DNA of 16,923 bases from the IMG/VR virus record IMGVR_UViG_3300045988_141692; one strand, given 5' to 3'. Under the pieces are notes generated by a model. The model was not told the origin of the DNA. It did not search any database and worked only from the letters and a program-made list of their open reading frames with translations. Source of the stretch: a virus. This document shows positions 7,305-15,419 of this stretch, piece after piece; the first letter of the stretch is position 1, and every line of letters begins with the position of its first letter. The position numbers and the translations under genes were made by a program.

Positions 7305-8990
7305 CTATTCATTATTTCCATAAGTTCCCACGTTTTCATAATCGTGCCAAAACGTCACACCGTTTAAAAACATGTTTCTTATGGTAGCTAAATGTTCATT
7401 CGGTATATTACCATAAATGTTAACGGTATTACACCTGACATAGTTGAATCTAGGTCGATTGTTTAAATACGGAATTCCGATGCGATTAGACTTATACCCA
7501 TATGCATCAAAATAGCTTTGCAACTTAGAACGGAATTCAGGTTTAACAGTATACGCGCGAATGATAACATCCAGAGAACCATTTACTGCCATTAATACCG
7601 CTTCACTACCTCCCGAAGAATTTCCAGCTAGTCCTATAGCACTTTGCATCATATCGATTTTTTGTCTGTCTCTCTCAGAGGATTGCTGTTCCCTAACTGC
7701 GCTCTGAAACGTATTCGCAATAGCGTTAACAATTCCGCTTGCGTCACCCTCGTTCGAAACGGCCTGACCAATTCCACTTGCTAAACCAGAGATAGCTCCT
7801 ATAACAATATCGGTGCGATTCTGGCTGTGCACTAAGTTGTTAGTACTAACTGCCTGTGATTTCGACAAAATAAATTGATTATTTTGTACAGGAAATGATG
7901 GAAAACCTGAAAAACTGGTTCCAGCGTTTAGTAAATCGCTGTTATTAATGTTTCCATCATAATCGTTTGCGGATGCTAACAGTGTGCCATCTGGTATCGG
8001 GCTTCCTGTAATAGAAATTGATAACGTTGCTCCGTTTATTAATTCCGGCTTTAAAACAACCTTGTTACCCGATGGCATTACTATCTCAAAAAAGCTGTAC
8101 GGATAACAATACAATTTTTTCTGCGTGTACGCTGGCAACATGGACTGCCAGTTAATATCAATCACACGTTTTCTAGGGCTTGTATTTCCGTAACACACAC
8201 CGATTCGAAATCCCATGGCACTAGAAAATATCCCTTGTTTAGGTACAAAGTCTGCGGGAAAAGGAAACACAGAAATGATAGATTGAGCTACCCACGCATA
8301 ATCAGATAAACTTGCGAATATATCGCGCAAACTTGATGTGTTTTCGTCCACGAAATAAATACCCGCCGCAGATGGTAGCCCGTTTATTTCACAACCGGGT
8401 GCTCCTTTTATAATCACTTCGTCCTCTGTTCCACCAGAATTTAAAAGGTCTGCTGTGGAAATTATTAAATATGTGTTAACCTCGGATAATGAATCAAGCG
8501 TGTAAACGCTTTCCTGATTAATAACATAATCTCCATAATCAACCGGTTCCACGACTGTATTATAGTTATAAGCATAACCACGCGGTGCATGTTCACGCGC
8601 AATGTCGCAATCTCGTATTACTACGTTATTAAAATACGTCTGCCAAGCATCTAAGTGAAAGCGTATCAAAGATGTTTTGGGATTAACATACTCAATTGCA
8701 TCAACAAAACAGTACATCCAAATGCCGTTATATTGTGTGTTTCTGAATCGCATATAGTTAGATGCAAGTAACGTTTCTGCATTGTAGTTAACCTGTAGTG
8801 CTCTGTGTTCACGTATGTATTTAAACGTAAAATTGCCCGCTATCACTTTACCGTCAAAATAACTATCTCTTGCCGACTCAGACGCAAAATAAAGTTGACG
8901 ATTTTCCGCTACGGGAATATACCCTAAGAGCTGGAACACGTTTGATTGCATTGCTCTTGTTTCTACATCTGTCATAAATTCCATGTTCAT
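7305..8990 (-). CDS. Tail knob / distal tube protein, gp9-like
   Basis: 561 aa, versus ~599 aa for phi29 gp9. NYMRFRNTQYNGIWMYCFVDAIEYVNPKTSLIRFHLDAWQTYF parallels the conserved N-terminal gp9 block (YIMFQNADYGNKWFYAFV...VLQTWMF) as I recall it. The gene follows the capsid gene, as in phi29. Confidence 0.75.
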   Translation of the reverse strand: MNMEFMTDVETRAMQSNVFQLLGYIPVAENRQLYFASESARDSYFDGKVIAGNFTFKYIREHRALQVNYNAETLLASNYMRFRNTQYNGIWMYCFVDAIEYVNPKTSLIRFHLDAWQTYFNNVVIRDCDIAREHAPRGYAYNYNTVVEPVDYGDYVINQESVYTLDSLSEVNTYLIISTADLLNSGGTEDEVIIKGAPGCEINGLPSAAGIYFVDENTSSLRDIFASLSDYAWVAQSIISVFPFPADFVPKQGIFSSAMGFRIGVCYGNTSPRKRVIDINWQSMLPAYTQKKLYCYPYSFFEIVMPSGNKVVLKPELINGATLSISITGSPIPDGTLLASANDYDGNINNSDLLNAGTSFSGFPSFPVQNNQFILSKSQAVSTNNLVHSQNRTDIVIGAISGLASGIGQAVSNEGDASGIVNAIANTFQSAVREQQSSERDRQKIDMMQSAIGLAGNSSGGSEAVLMAVNGSLDVIIRAYTVKPEFRSKLQSYFDAYGYKSNRIGIPYLNNRPRFNYVRCNTVNIYGNIPNEHLATIRNMFLNGVTFWHDYENVGTYGNNE

Positions 8991-9005
8991 GCACCGCCTT
9001 TATTT

Positions 9006-10289
9006 TCAGCCACCTGCCGCAGTAACAGCTTTCTCCCCATGAACGGAGTTATCCAAATACGGCGTAGCGTAAATAGTAAGATTTCCTTTTTCCTCGGCTC
9101 CTACGCTCAGAACTCCCTGATCATTCATACGTGTACTAGAGGACGTGTTTCCGAGAACAGACCACATAACCGCCTGAGAGGGGTTGTTGGTTCCGGTTAC
9201 TGTGGCTGTGTATACAGAGCTTCCGCCCGGAGTGTAAGTATCTGCACCCGCAATCGTTACGCTGGTAACAGTCGGAAGAGCGGCAGTCGTAATCGCAACG
9301 GCATTGTGAAACGGAGAGAGGAAGTAAGTCTGCCATACGTGCAACCAATAATTCCAAGACAATTTTTCACGGTCATAAAAATCATTTGCTTCGAACAGGT
9401 TGTCGTAGATGTTTAAGAATTCCTCGTCCGCAATGACAGCTATGATTTCGGGATGATTCGGAATCTCCGGAATCAGAGTAATTCTGCCAAGGAATCGAGC
9501 CTCGTCCATATGGAACGCATAAGCAAGAGCCTGTACGCTGGTAACTGCATCGGCCTTCGGAGTAATAAAAAGACGCTGATCTTCCAGAGACGTTGTATTC
9601 ATAACCCCTGCCGCGTTCATAGAACGAGTAGGAAAACGTAAGGTATTGGATGCAATTCTAAGAGCGGTAAGAAAACTTTTTGCTGTTGTTTCGTCCGTTG
9701 GCTCGTCGGCGTGAACCAATTTAAACTTTCCGCTGTCTATATAATCCACAAACAGCGCAAGTGTGTATGCAAATTCGGCAACATCATTACTGGTGTACAT
9801 TCCGTTTATTACACGGTCAACCAAAGATGCAACGCCTTCTTCGGAGTAAAACGCTGCCTGTAAATCGCGTCTCCAAATAGTCTGTTTAAAATAGTCCTCA
9901 CGATTACGGTTGTGGTACGCTACTTTAAGGTCAGGTTTTTCTGTTTTCAGCATCGCCCACGGGTCAGTATCCTCACCATATGCGTGCGCTGTTGCGATAT
10001 CTACCCAGATATCCTCAATCGTATATCCGTACGGAATCATACCACGCTTCGCAAAACCGAATGGATTTGTAAAATACATTTTGTTCACTTTAGTGAAGGA
10101 AACCTTATTCACCAAAAAGTCAAAGAACCGGTTCATAACAGGTTCATAGTTCATAAGCGTACCGCCGAACTCGCGAATATTAGTACTAACTGGGTCAGGT
10201 AAAAGCCCCTCATATTCTGTACCGTCAAGACTTGCTCTAAAATCTGCTAACAGTGTCTTAACATTTGTTACTGCATTTTTTACTGCCAT
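9006..10289 (-). CDS. Major capsid protein with a C-terminal Ig-like (Big_2-type) domain
   Basis: 427 aa, directly after the scaffold-like gene, with strong RBS GGAGGG. The C-terminal ~90 aa (VTSVTIAGADTYTPGGSSVYTATVTGTNNPSQAVMWSV...LTIYATP) look like a bacterial Ig-like group 2 domain, as found in phi29 gp8. Confidence 0.8.
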   Translation of the reverse strand: MAVKNAVTNVKTLLADFRASLDGTEYEGLLPDPVSTNIREFGGTLMNYEPVMNRFFDFLVNKVSFTKVNKMYFTNPFGFAKRGMIPYGYTIEDIWVDIATAHAYGEDTDPWAMLKTEKPDLKVAYHNRNREDYFKQTIWRRDLQAAFYSEEGVASLVDRVINGMYTSNDVAEFAYTLALFVDYIDSGKFKLVHADEPTDETTAKSFLTALRIASNTLRFPTRSMNAAGVMNTTSLEDQRLFITPKADAVTSVQALAYAFHMDEARFLGRITLIPEIPNHPEIIAVIADEEFLNIYDNLFEANDFYDREKLSWNYWLHVWQTYFLSPFHNAVAITTAALPTVTSVTIAGADTYTPGGSSVYTATVTGTNNPSQAVMWSVLGNTSSSTRMNDQGVLSVGAEEKGNLTIYATPYLDNSVHGEKAVTAAGG

Positions 10290-10303
10290 TTCTTAACCCT
10301 CCT

Positions 10304-10579
10304 TTACAGGTTTAAATAGTCCTCGATTTTAATTTTCGGGACTTCTTTCTTTTCTTCATTCTGCACAATATCTGCAATGACTTCTTCCTCAGCAACACTG
10401 GGTTTTGTAAAATCATTGATGTACTGTGCACGGATTCTGTCGCGGTCACGTTCCACTTCACTGTAATACGCCGCCGCTTCATTAATTGCCGAACCGATAA
10501 AAGTTTCGTCATAGACTTCGCCTTCTTCCAGTTCTGTACCAGCTATCCGTCTTAACATCCTCAAAAGCTTCTCATTCAT
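10304..10579 (-). CDS. Scaffolding protein candidate (91 aa, acidic, helical)
   Basis: I place the start at the internal ATG (10579, MNEKLL...), which has AAGGAG 8 nt upstream. The ORF-track start at 10660 has no RBS and runs through a structured non-coding region. The gene lies just upstream of the capsid gene, in the phi29 gp7 position and with a similar size. Confidence 0.5.
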   Translation of the reverse strand: MNEKLLRMLRRIAGTELEEGEVYDETFIGSAINEAAAYYSEVERDRDRIRAQYINDFTKPSVAEEEVIADIVQNEEKKEVPKIKIEDYLNL

Positions 10580-10614
10580 GCGTCTTTCTCCTTCCCTTAT
10601 TTCGTCAATCCCAC

Positions 10615-10730
10615 ATTTAAAGAAATAGGAGCGTCTAAAAATCGAAATGCGGGATTGCAAGCCGGTATGGGACTGCCAGCGTATTACCGCTTTCCCTCAG
10701 CAGTCTACCAAAATTTAAACACTCCTACTC
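10615..10730 (-). ncRNA. Candidate structured RNA (pRNA-like) or structured late-operon leader
   Basis: It starts ~7 nt after the -10 of the promoter at 10737..10765. An 11-bp closing helix pairs 10730..10720 with 10633..10623. An internal bulged arm pairs 10709..10700 with 10676..10664 and is capped by a hairpin at 10691..10678. A U-rich tract follows the closing helix. No plausible ORF with an RBS is present. Confidence 0.35.
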
Positions 10731-10736
10731 AATATA

Positions 10737-10765
10737 ATTGTATCATAAGTACGACAATATGTCAA
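10737..10765 (-). promoter_or_regulatory. Internal promoter at the ATPase stop: -35 TTGACA, 17-nt spacer, extended -10 TGaTACAAT
   Basis: On the - strand, TTGACA is at 10765..10760, the spacer at 10759..10743 (17 nt) and TACAAT at 10742..10737. The TG of the extended -10 is supplied by the ATPase TGA stop codon (10745..10743). Confidence 0.7.
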
Positions 10766-11798
10766 GCATTTCTTTTTTGATATCCACATTTTCAAACCAC
10801 GCTTTTCCGGCATTATAATAACGCTTGAATGACATAGCTGTCTCTGAAAGCTGGGACAGTAAATAGGTATCCTCAAAATGGGAGTTCGCATCAAACGCAA
10901 ATTTAAGTTTGAACTTTTCATTTGCTTTGCTGGAAAAATAAAGACAGTCCTTATTTATCCAAACCCCTATGTTTTCTGCGGTTCCTAAAACACCGTCGTT
11001 TATAGTTATTGTGCAGTAGTAATATTTATCTTTGGTTTCCAATTTGCGAACAAACGAATAGGTGTCAAGCATGTATTTATTTGACGATGCAAATTGTACG
11101 TAATTTGATTCACTAAAAGCGCGGTTGAAACCACTGGAAAGTAGGGCTTCTTTTGCGGCCTGATTCTCCGTTACTTCCAGCACCCAACCATCACCGCGCA
11201 GAAATTTTGTGTCAGATTCCAAACGCTTCTGAATTCCCAAAGCCTTGTAATAAGGATTCAAGATGGAAACGTTATTTCCGCATAAAATATTACGCACATA
11301 TCTAGTCTGTTTTCCAAACCCTCTAGCAATTGAATTCTGGATGCTAATAAATTTAGAAATTTCGTTCTCACAATAATGTTCCGTTTCCGACTGAAACTCG
11401 TCCATGAATCTGTTTTCGACTTCTATAAAGCGTGACGAAACTTTCTTTATTGTGTCAGCGTTATTAAGAAAGGTGGCGAAACCACATTCCGTATCATTCA
11501 GATACAGAACTTTGTAAGCCCCCCTCATTTCAGACTTTGCGTGCATTTCAAAATCAGGTGGGTAAAGCTGTGCAATATCACTAAAAAATGAATTCTCACA
11601 GTCAGACAACTCGTAGTTGTATCTGTATTGTAGCATAAATTTACGCTTATTATCGTTCAAAAAATCTTCAAAAATGGTACGTTTTGCTGAGAAAGTTTTT
11701 CCGGCTGTACGATTGCCTGTTACAATAAATAATTCTGGTGTTTTCCCGTTTAGGTCTTTCTTACTCAGCAATCTGGATATATCATAGTACTTACCCAT
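10743..11798 (-). CDS. DNA encapsidation (packaging) ATPase, gp16-like
   Basis: 351 aa, versus 332 aa for phi29 gp16. Walker A is GNRTAGKT near residue 28, after an N-terminal Y.ISRLLS segment laid out like gp16. A Walker-B-like NRFMDEF is present. RBS AAGGAGG. Confidence 0.8.
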   Translation of the reverse strand: MGKYYDISRLLSKKDLNGKTPELFIVTGNRTAGKTFSAKRTIFEDFLNDNKRKFMLQYRYNYELSDCENSFFSDIAQLYPPDFEMHAKSEMRGAYKVLYLNDTECGFATFLNNADTIKKVSSRFIEVENRFMDEFQSETEHYCENEISKFISIQNSIARGFGKQTRYVRNILCGNNVSILNPYYKALGIQKRLESDTKFLRGDGWVLEVTENQAAKEALLSSGFNRAFSESNYVQFASSNKYMLDTYSFVRKLETKDKYYYCTITINDGVLGTAENIGVWINKDCLYFSSKANEKFKLKFAFDANSHFEDTYLLSQLSETAMSFKRYYNAGKAWFENVDIKKEMLDILSYL

Positions 11799-11810
11799 GC
11801 GTTCCTCCTT

Positions 11811-11840
11811 ATATTAAAATAGGGACGTTTTCACGCCCCT
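11811..11840 (-). terminator. Putative intrinsic terminator or attenuator between the replication genes and the packaging ATPase
   Basis: The - strand reads AGGGGCG-UGAAAA-CGUCCCU (7 bp including one G.U) followed by AUUUUAAUAU. It sits immediately upstream of the ATPase RBS. Confidence 0.45.
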
Positions 11841-11869
11841 AATAATTGCAGATATATAAAAATGTGTTG

Positions 11870-12217
11870 TTAGATAGCCTTAAGCTGTAAAAATTCTCTG
11901 TCTGATTTCGATGTGCCCGACGCAATCTGAACTCTGATAGGATGTTCTACACTAGGTTCACCGAATATGTCAACCAGATTCTGAACACAATCGTTTACCG
12001 TAGGGGACATAGTTGTGTACATTTCTCCTTCTGCCGTAAACAGTACGGTGCATACTCCCAGTTCCGGTTCCTTTGTGTTCTTTCTCTCGGTTTCGTACTG
12101 TACGATATCAGTTACAGCAAACTCATCGCCCACAAAGTCCTGCATCTGTTTACCGTTTACAGTACGTGCATTGTAAAGCATCATTTTGTCGGTTGTTGTG
12201 TTAATTAAATCTCTCAT
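11870..12217 (-). CDS. Putative ssDNA-binding / replication accessory protein (115 aa)
   Basis: It lies downstream of the polymerase, functionally analogous to phi29 p5. The central and C-terminal pattern CTVLFTAEGEMYTTMSPTV...LVDIFGEP...IRVQIASGTSKSDREFLQL resembles small phage SSBs of the lactococcal p2 ORF34 type as I recall them. This is unverified. Confidence 0.4.
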   Translation of the reverse strand: MRDLINTTTDKMMLYNARTVNGKQMQDFVGDEFAVTDIVQYETERKNTKEPELGVCTVLFTAEGEMYTTMSPTVNDCVQNLVDIFGEPSVEHPIRVQIASGTSKSDREFLQLKAI

Positions 12218-12273
12218 TTTCTTTTCTCTCCTTATTTGTCATATTCATTAACATTGTTGTAATACTCGGTAGA

Positions 12274-12564
12274 CTATTCTGTTTCTTCTGCTACAGCAAC
12301 ATCATCGGCCACTACAAAAGAATTCTTAATAAAATCTTCTTCCGACATAGCCCTTGTCTCTTCTACAGTTGCCGTTCCGAGACAAATAAGCTTGCCCTCA
12401 TGTTCAGGCCATTTTGCTGTTGCTTCTTTAAGGATTTTCTTTGTATCCCCAAGCTTCTTCCCTGTGATTTTTTCCGGAAGGGTTACAACCTGTCCGCTCT
12501 GCGTATCAAAGTACGCGATAGTTGCTTCGGTAATTTTGAATGTTCTGGTGATATGACCTCTCAT
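12274..12564 (-). CDS. Hypothetical replication-module protein (96 aa) with an acidic C-terminal tail
   Basis: RBS GAAAGGAGAGG. It is the first gene after the promoter embedded in the polymerase 3' end. The tail reads DDVAVAEETE. I recognise no motif. Confidence 0.5.
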   Translation of the reverse strand: MRGHITRTFKITEATIAYFDTQSGQVVTLPEKITGKKLGDTKKILKEATAKWPEHEGKLICLGTATVEETRAMSEEDFIKNSFVVADDVAVAEETE

Positions 12565-12626
12565 ATTCTCACCTCTCCTTTCATGTGCCTATTGTTTTGT
12601 TTTGGTCTATTAACTTGTTACAATTC

Positions 12627-12656
12627 ATTATACCATGGTTTACTGTATTTTGTCAA
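12627..12656 (-). promoter_or_regulatory. Internal promoter in the polymerase 3' end: -35 TTGACA, 18-nt spacer, extended -10 TGgTATAAT
   Basis: On the - strand, TTGACA is at 12656..12651 (inside the last polymerase codons, VLDKIQ), the spacer at 12650..12633 and TATAAT at 12632..12627, preceded by TGg. Confidence 0.65.
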
Positions 12657-14517
12657 GCACTTTACCAAAAGATTTAGGTGGCTTGTACGCTTTTTGCTTA
12701 TAAAGTGTGAAATCTGCATCCACCAAAATAATCCCTCCCTTCACTTGCATCTGCTTTAATTGACTATTTAACGTTAATCCATAATCAAAACATGATATAG
12801 GTCTGGTAGCAAGCAAATACTGTTTGGTGCGGTCTTGCATGCCAGCGCACTTAATATCCCAGTGAGAAGTTACTTTTTTATGGTTTTCCTTCCGGATAAA
12901 TTCGCAGTAGGTTTTTTGACGTATGAACTTTGCACGACTCCATTCAGATTCTAATTTCCAGCATAACAATTTTGAGGAATGCTCCACAATTTTGTTTGGT
13001 TCACATTTAAACATGTGCAAGCTATCGGTGTCTGCATATATAAAGTTATCGTAATTTGCCTGTGCGTGTGTGATTGTAAAATAACGTGCATAAGATGTTA
13101 CAAAACTGCCTTGCGCTATGGAAAGCGTTTTCTTATTGTGCTCTTCATGCAAAATAAACCGGAGCAATCCATCCTCGTCTAAATATGGTTCTTGATAACT
13201 GCTATCATCATTTGTGGCAAGTTTTCCATAACAATTGTTTAAGAAAAGCTTGGCTTCTTCTCGCGCCCCTCCTTCGGAGTTCATTTTCATAGTCATATAC
13301 TTGTCTATGTACTCGTCGAACAAGCCCGCTACTGCATTAAAATAACATCCACTTAAAATCTCAATTTCGTGTATATCATAATGCTCCAAAAATAGTTTAT
13401 AATCAAGACTTGTTAACGTAAATTCTGCGTATGCCAATTGCAGTATCCCATCTGCATCGTAATAATACGCATATTTTTTACCACCAAACTGAACGTCCGA
13501 AGAGGTTAGCCATTCTGTGGACTTGTACATAAGACTATCTTTAATCTGCATGCTAGGCAAATGATTAGGCTTTATGGTAAACCTTGCTTTCAGTCTTACA
13601 AAAAATACTCTATTTTCTTGCAAGGCTTCTTCAGGTATTTTATTGCCTGTCCAAAATGTAGGCTTACCTACTGGATAAATGTTTCCACTTTTGGAATGCA
13701 TAACGGAGGGATAAAGGCTGTTTACATCATATGTCATGCCATCTGTGTCTATCCACTTATTCATATATTTTGGATTGCAATAACACCAACCCCCACGATA
13801 AGAGCGGCGTATATATGCATCTGCGTTTGGATACTTATAAACACTTTCGTCCAGCACAAACGCTTTAAGGTCTGGATACATCGCATTCCATTGCTCTTTA
13901 TCAAAACACTTCTTATATTCAGCTATGCAATTACTTCCTATTGTTAAACGAGTGTTGCCAGAATCCAGCATAAATTCAAGAGCTTCTTTAAGTACCAAAA
14001 CATCGTTTATTATGTACTGCATTTCTTCGGGTTTTATTAAACCGCCAGCATGGCGTTCCCCTTTATACTCCATTTCAAGTTTACGATGTTTCGTATTAAA
14101 AGCTTTTCCCATTCGTGCTAGTGTCATTGGCATAAGTTTTGCGCTATCTCGTATTTCGATTACTGTCCGTCCTGTACAGACAGTAATAGAATACCAACGA
14201 TTCTGACCTGAAATAATCGCATCGAATTCACCCTTATAAAGCTTTTCGTAAGGTTTCTCTCTATGGTGAAATTTATAACCATTTTCCATGAGCGTATTCA
14301 ACAGAAAGTTTCCATCAAATTTTACATTATGGAAATAGACAATCACTTTTTCTTCGCAAAGGTTGTGAAAAAACTTAATGAAATCATGAATATTATTATA
14401 CACTGTAACGAAATCTGAATACAGTTCTGCAATAGCCGCACTCCATACTTCCGTACTCGTTTGTTGTTTTGTATCATTATCTACAGTTGTCTCAAAGTCG
14501 CACGAAAATATTCGCAT
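12640..14517 (-). CDS. Protein-primed family-B DNA polymerase (phi29-type)
   Basis: All hallmark motifs are present and close to phi29: ExoI CDFETT, ExoII HNVKFDGNFLL, ExoIII YIINDVLVL, motif A YDVNSLYPS, motif B KLFLNNCYGK, motif C IYADTDS, and KxY as RQKTYCEF. At 625 aa the size fits protein-primed PolBs, which carry TPR insertions. Confidence 0.95.
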   Translation of the reverse strand: MRIFSCDFETTVDNDTKQQTSTEVWSAAIAELYSDFVTVYNNIHDFIKFFHNLCEEKVIVYFHNVKFDGNFLLNTLMENGYKFHHREKPYEKLYKGEFDAIISGQNRWYSITVCTGRTVIEIRDSAKLMPMTLARMGKAFNTKHRKLEMEYKGERHAGGLIKPEEMQYIINDVLVLKEALEFMLDSGNTRLTIGSNCIAEYKKCFDKEQWNAMYPDLKAFVLDESVYKYPNADAYIRRSYRGGWCYCNPKYMNKWIDTDGMTYDVNSLYPSVMHSKSGNIYPVGKPTFWTGNKIPEEALQENRVFFVRLKARFTIKPNHLPSMQIKDSLMYKSTEWLTSSDVQFGGKKYAYYYDADGILQLAYAEFTLTSLDYKLFLEHYDIHEIEILSGCYFNAVAGLFDEYIDKYMTMKMNSEGGAREEAKLFLNNCYGKLATNDDSSYQEPYLDEDGLLRFILHEEHNKKTLSIAQGSFVTSYARYFTITHAQANYDNFIYADTDSLHMFKCEPNKIVEHSSKLLCWKLESEWSRAKFIRQKTYCEFIRKENHKKVTSHWDIKCAGMQDRTKQYLLATRPISCFDYGLTLNSQLKQMQVKGGIILVDADFTLYKQKAYKPPKSFGKVLDKIQ

Positions 14518-14529
14518 GATTATACCGTC

Positions 14530-15174
14530 CTATTCCTCGTCATAAAATTCGTTTTCCATGAATGACCTTTTTTCGTTTTCTGGTACTTTCAAATATGTTA
14601 GCATTTCGTTAAGTGATGCTTGCAGTCGTATAGCATCATAGGCTTCTTTGGCAGACAACCAATTACCTTTTCGCTTTCCTTCTTCAAGCATCTGAGCCGC
14701 CGCGTCTTTGCCATATGTATTTACGATTCTGTCTATCCAGCTTTTCGCCATATCACGTCTGTCTGTAACACGTCTGTCCCAACGACCAAAAACATAGGAC
14801 GAAATTAGGTCATAAAAATTTTCTAGGATAATGCTGGAAATATCTGGTGCTGTAGCAAACACATCCATATTTCCGGTTTCCTGATATAACTTACGGTCTT
14901 GTCTGTATCGTTTGCGGCCTTCTTTGGGTGTGAATATTTCTCCTGTGTTAAAATCTACATATGCTGTTGCATAAGCACGACGTTTCTCAGGGGTGAGCTT
15001 TTTAAGGCGGTTTACGGAGCCACGAGTAATTTTTTTCGGAATCTTTGGAATAAGCTTTTCTGTGTCGTAGATAAAGCCGCGACGGTTTTCTGCACGTACC
15101 CAAGACTGTAAATTTTTACGTATTCTACGGTATTCTTTTTCTACGGCTGTTAATCGTTTTCTTCTTTTTGGCAT
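14530..15174 (-). CDS. Terminal protein candidate (214 aa)
   Basis: It lies immediately upstream of the protein-primed polymerase, as in phi29 (gene 3 then gene 2). The N-terminus is highly basic (MPKRRKRLTAVEKEYRRIRKNLQ). RBS AAGGAG. Linear ITR genomes of this type require a terminal protein. I recognise no sequence motif. Confidence 0.55.
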   Translation of the reverse strand: MPKRRKRLTAVEKEYRRIRKNLQSWVRAENRRGFIYDTEKLIPKIPKKITRGSVNRLKKLTPEKRRAYATAYVDFNTGEIFTPKEGRKRYRQDRKLYQETGNMDVFATAPDISSIILENFYDLISSYVFGRWDRRVTDRRDMAKSWIDRIVNTYGKDAAAQMLEEGKRKGNWLSAKEAYDAIRLQASLNEMLTYLKVPENEKRSFMENEFYDEE

Positions 15175-15362
15175 GACTTACTCTCCTTATAAAATTCGTC
15201 GGCATCTACAAAACAATCGATTTTAGAATACATCCGGTCGATTAAAGATAGTGCTACATCTTGCTGTTCACTGTTTACACGTGTTAACACATTTCTTAAT
15301 GCTAACATAATTATTGCATATTCCTGTCGCGTAAATCCTAGTATCACAATCTTCTTTTTCAT
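15150..15362 (-). CDS. Hypothetical protein (70 aa), first gene of the replication operon
   Basis: RBS GGAGG lies 7 nt upstream of the ATG at 15362, just downstream of the promoter at 15391..15419. The gene overlaps the TP-candidate start by 25 nt. Confidence 0.55.
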   Translation of the reverse strand: MKKKIVILGFTRQEYAIIMLALRNVLTRVNSEQQDVALSLIDRMYSKIDCFVDADEFYKESKSCQKEEND

Positions 15363-15390
15363 TTGTTCACCTCCTTTACCGCTATACTCT

Positions 15391-15419
15391 ATTATATCAC
15401 ATTTCAGGACATTTGTAAA
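15391..15419 (-). promoter_or_regulatory. Replication-operon promoter: -35 TTTACA, 17-nt spacer, extended -10 TGaTATAAT
   Basis: On the - strand, TTTACA is at 15419..15414, the 17-nt spacer at 15413..15397 and TATAAT at 15396..15391, with TG at 15399..15398. The GTGATATAAT core is identical to that of the ITR promoter. Confidence 0.7.

Noticed and set aside
8946-9416. A 156-aa ORF on the + strand, and other + strand ORFs at 1962..2144, 2687..2905, 4780..4968, 5615..5824, 5831..6148, 9453..9641, 9910..10202, 11942..12208, 12400..12759, 12979..13182, 13561..14206, 14620..14808 and 14899..15111
   Set aside because: All lie antisense to - strand genes that have strong RBSs, recognisable motifs and phi29 synteny. 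They lack Shine-Dalgarno sequences. Their compositions are Cys/Arg/Ser/Phe-rich, typical of antisense read-through of AT-rich coding DNA.
10580-10660. The N-terminal extension of the scaffold-like ORF (track start at 10660, MQSRISIFRRSYFFKCGIDEIREGERR)
   Set aside because: There is no SD before 10660, whereas AAGGAG sits 8 nt before the internal ATG at 10579. The extension coincides with the structured non-coding region. For the same reason I shortened 15884..16279 to start at 16204, 16218..16472 to start at 16457, and 16612..16803 (GTG) to start at 16782.
10715-10921. A 68-aa alternative-frame - strand ORF overlapping the ATPase 3' end, and the similar nested ORFs 10312..10512, 9136..9357 and 2229..2423
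   Set aside because: Each is wholly nested out of frame inside a well-supported gene. None has an RBS and all have odd composition. The one at 2229..2423 simply reads the Pro-linker repeat in another frame.
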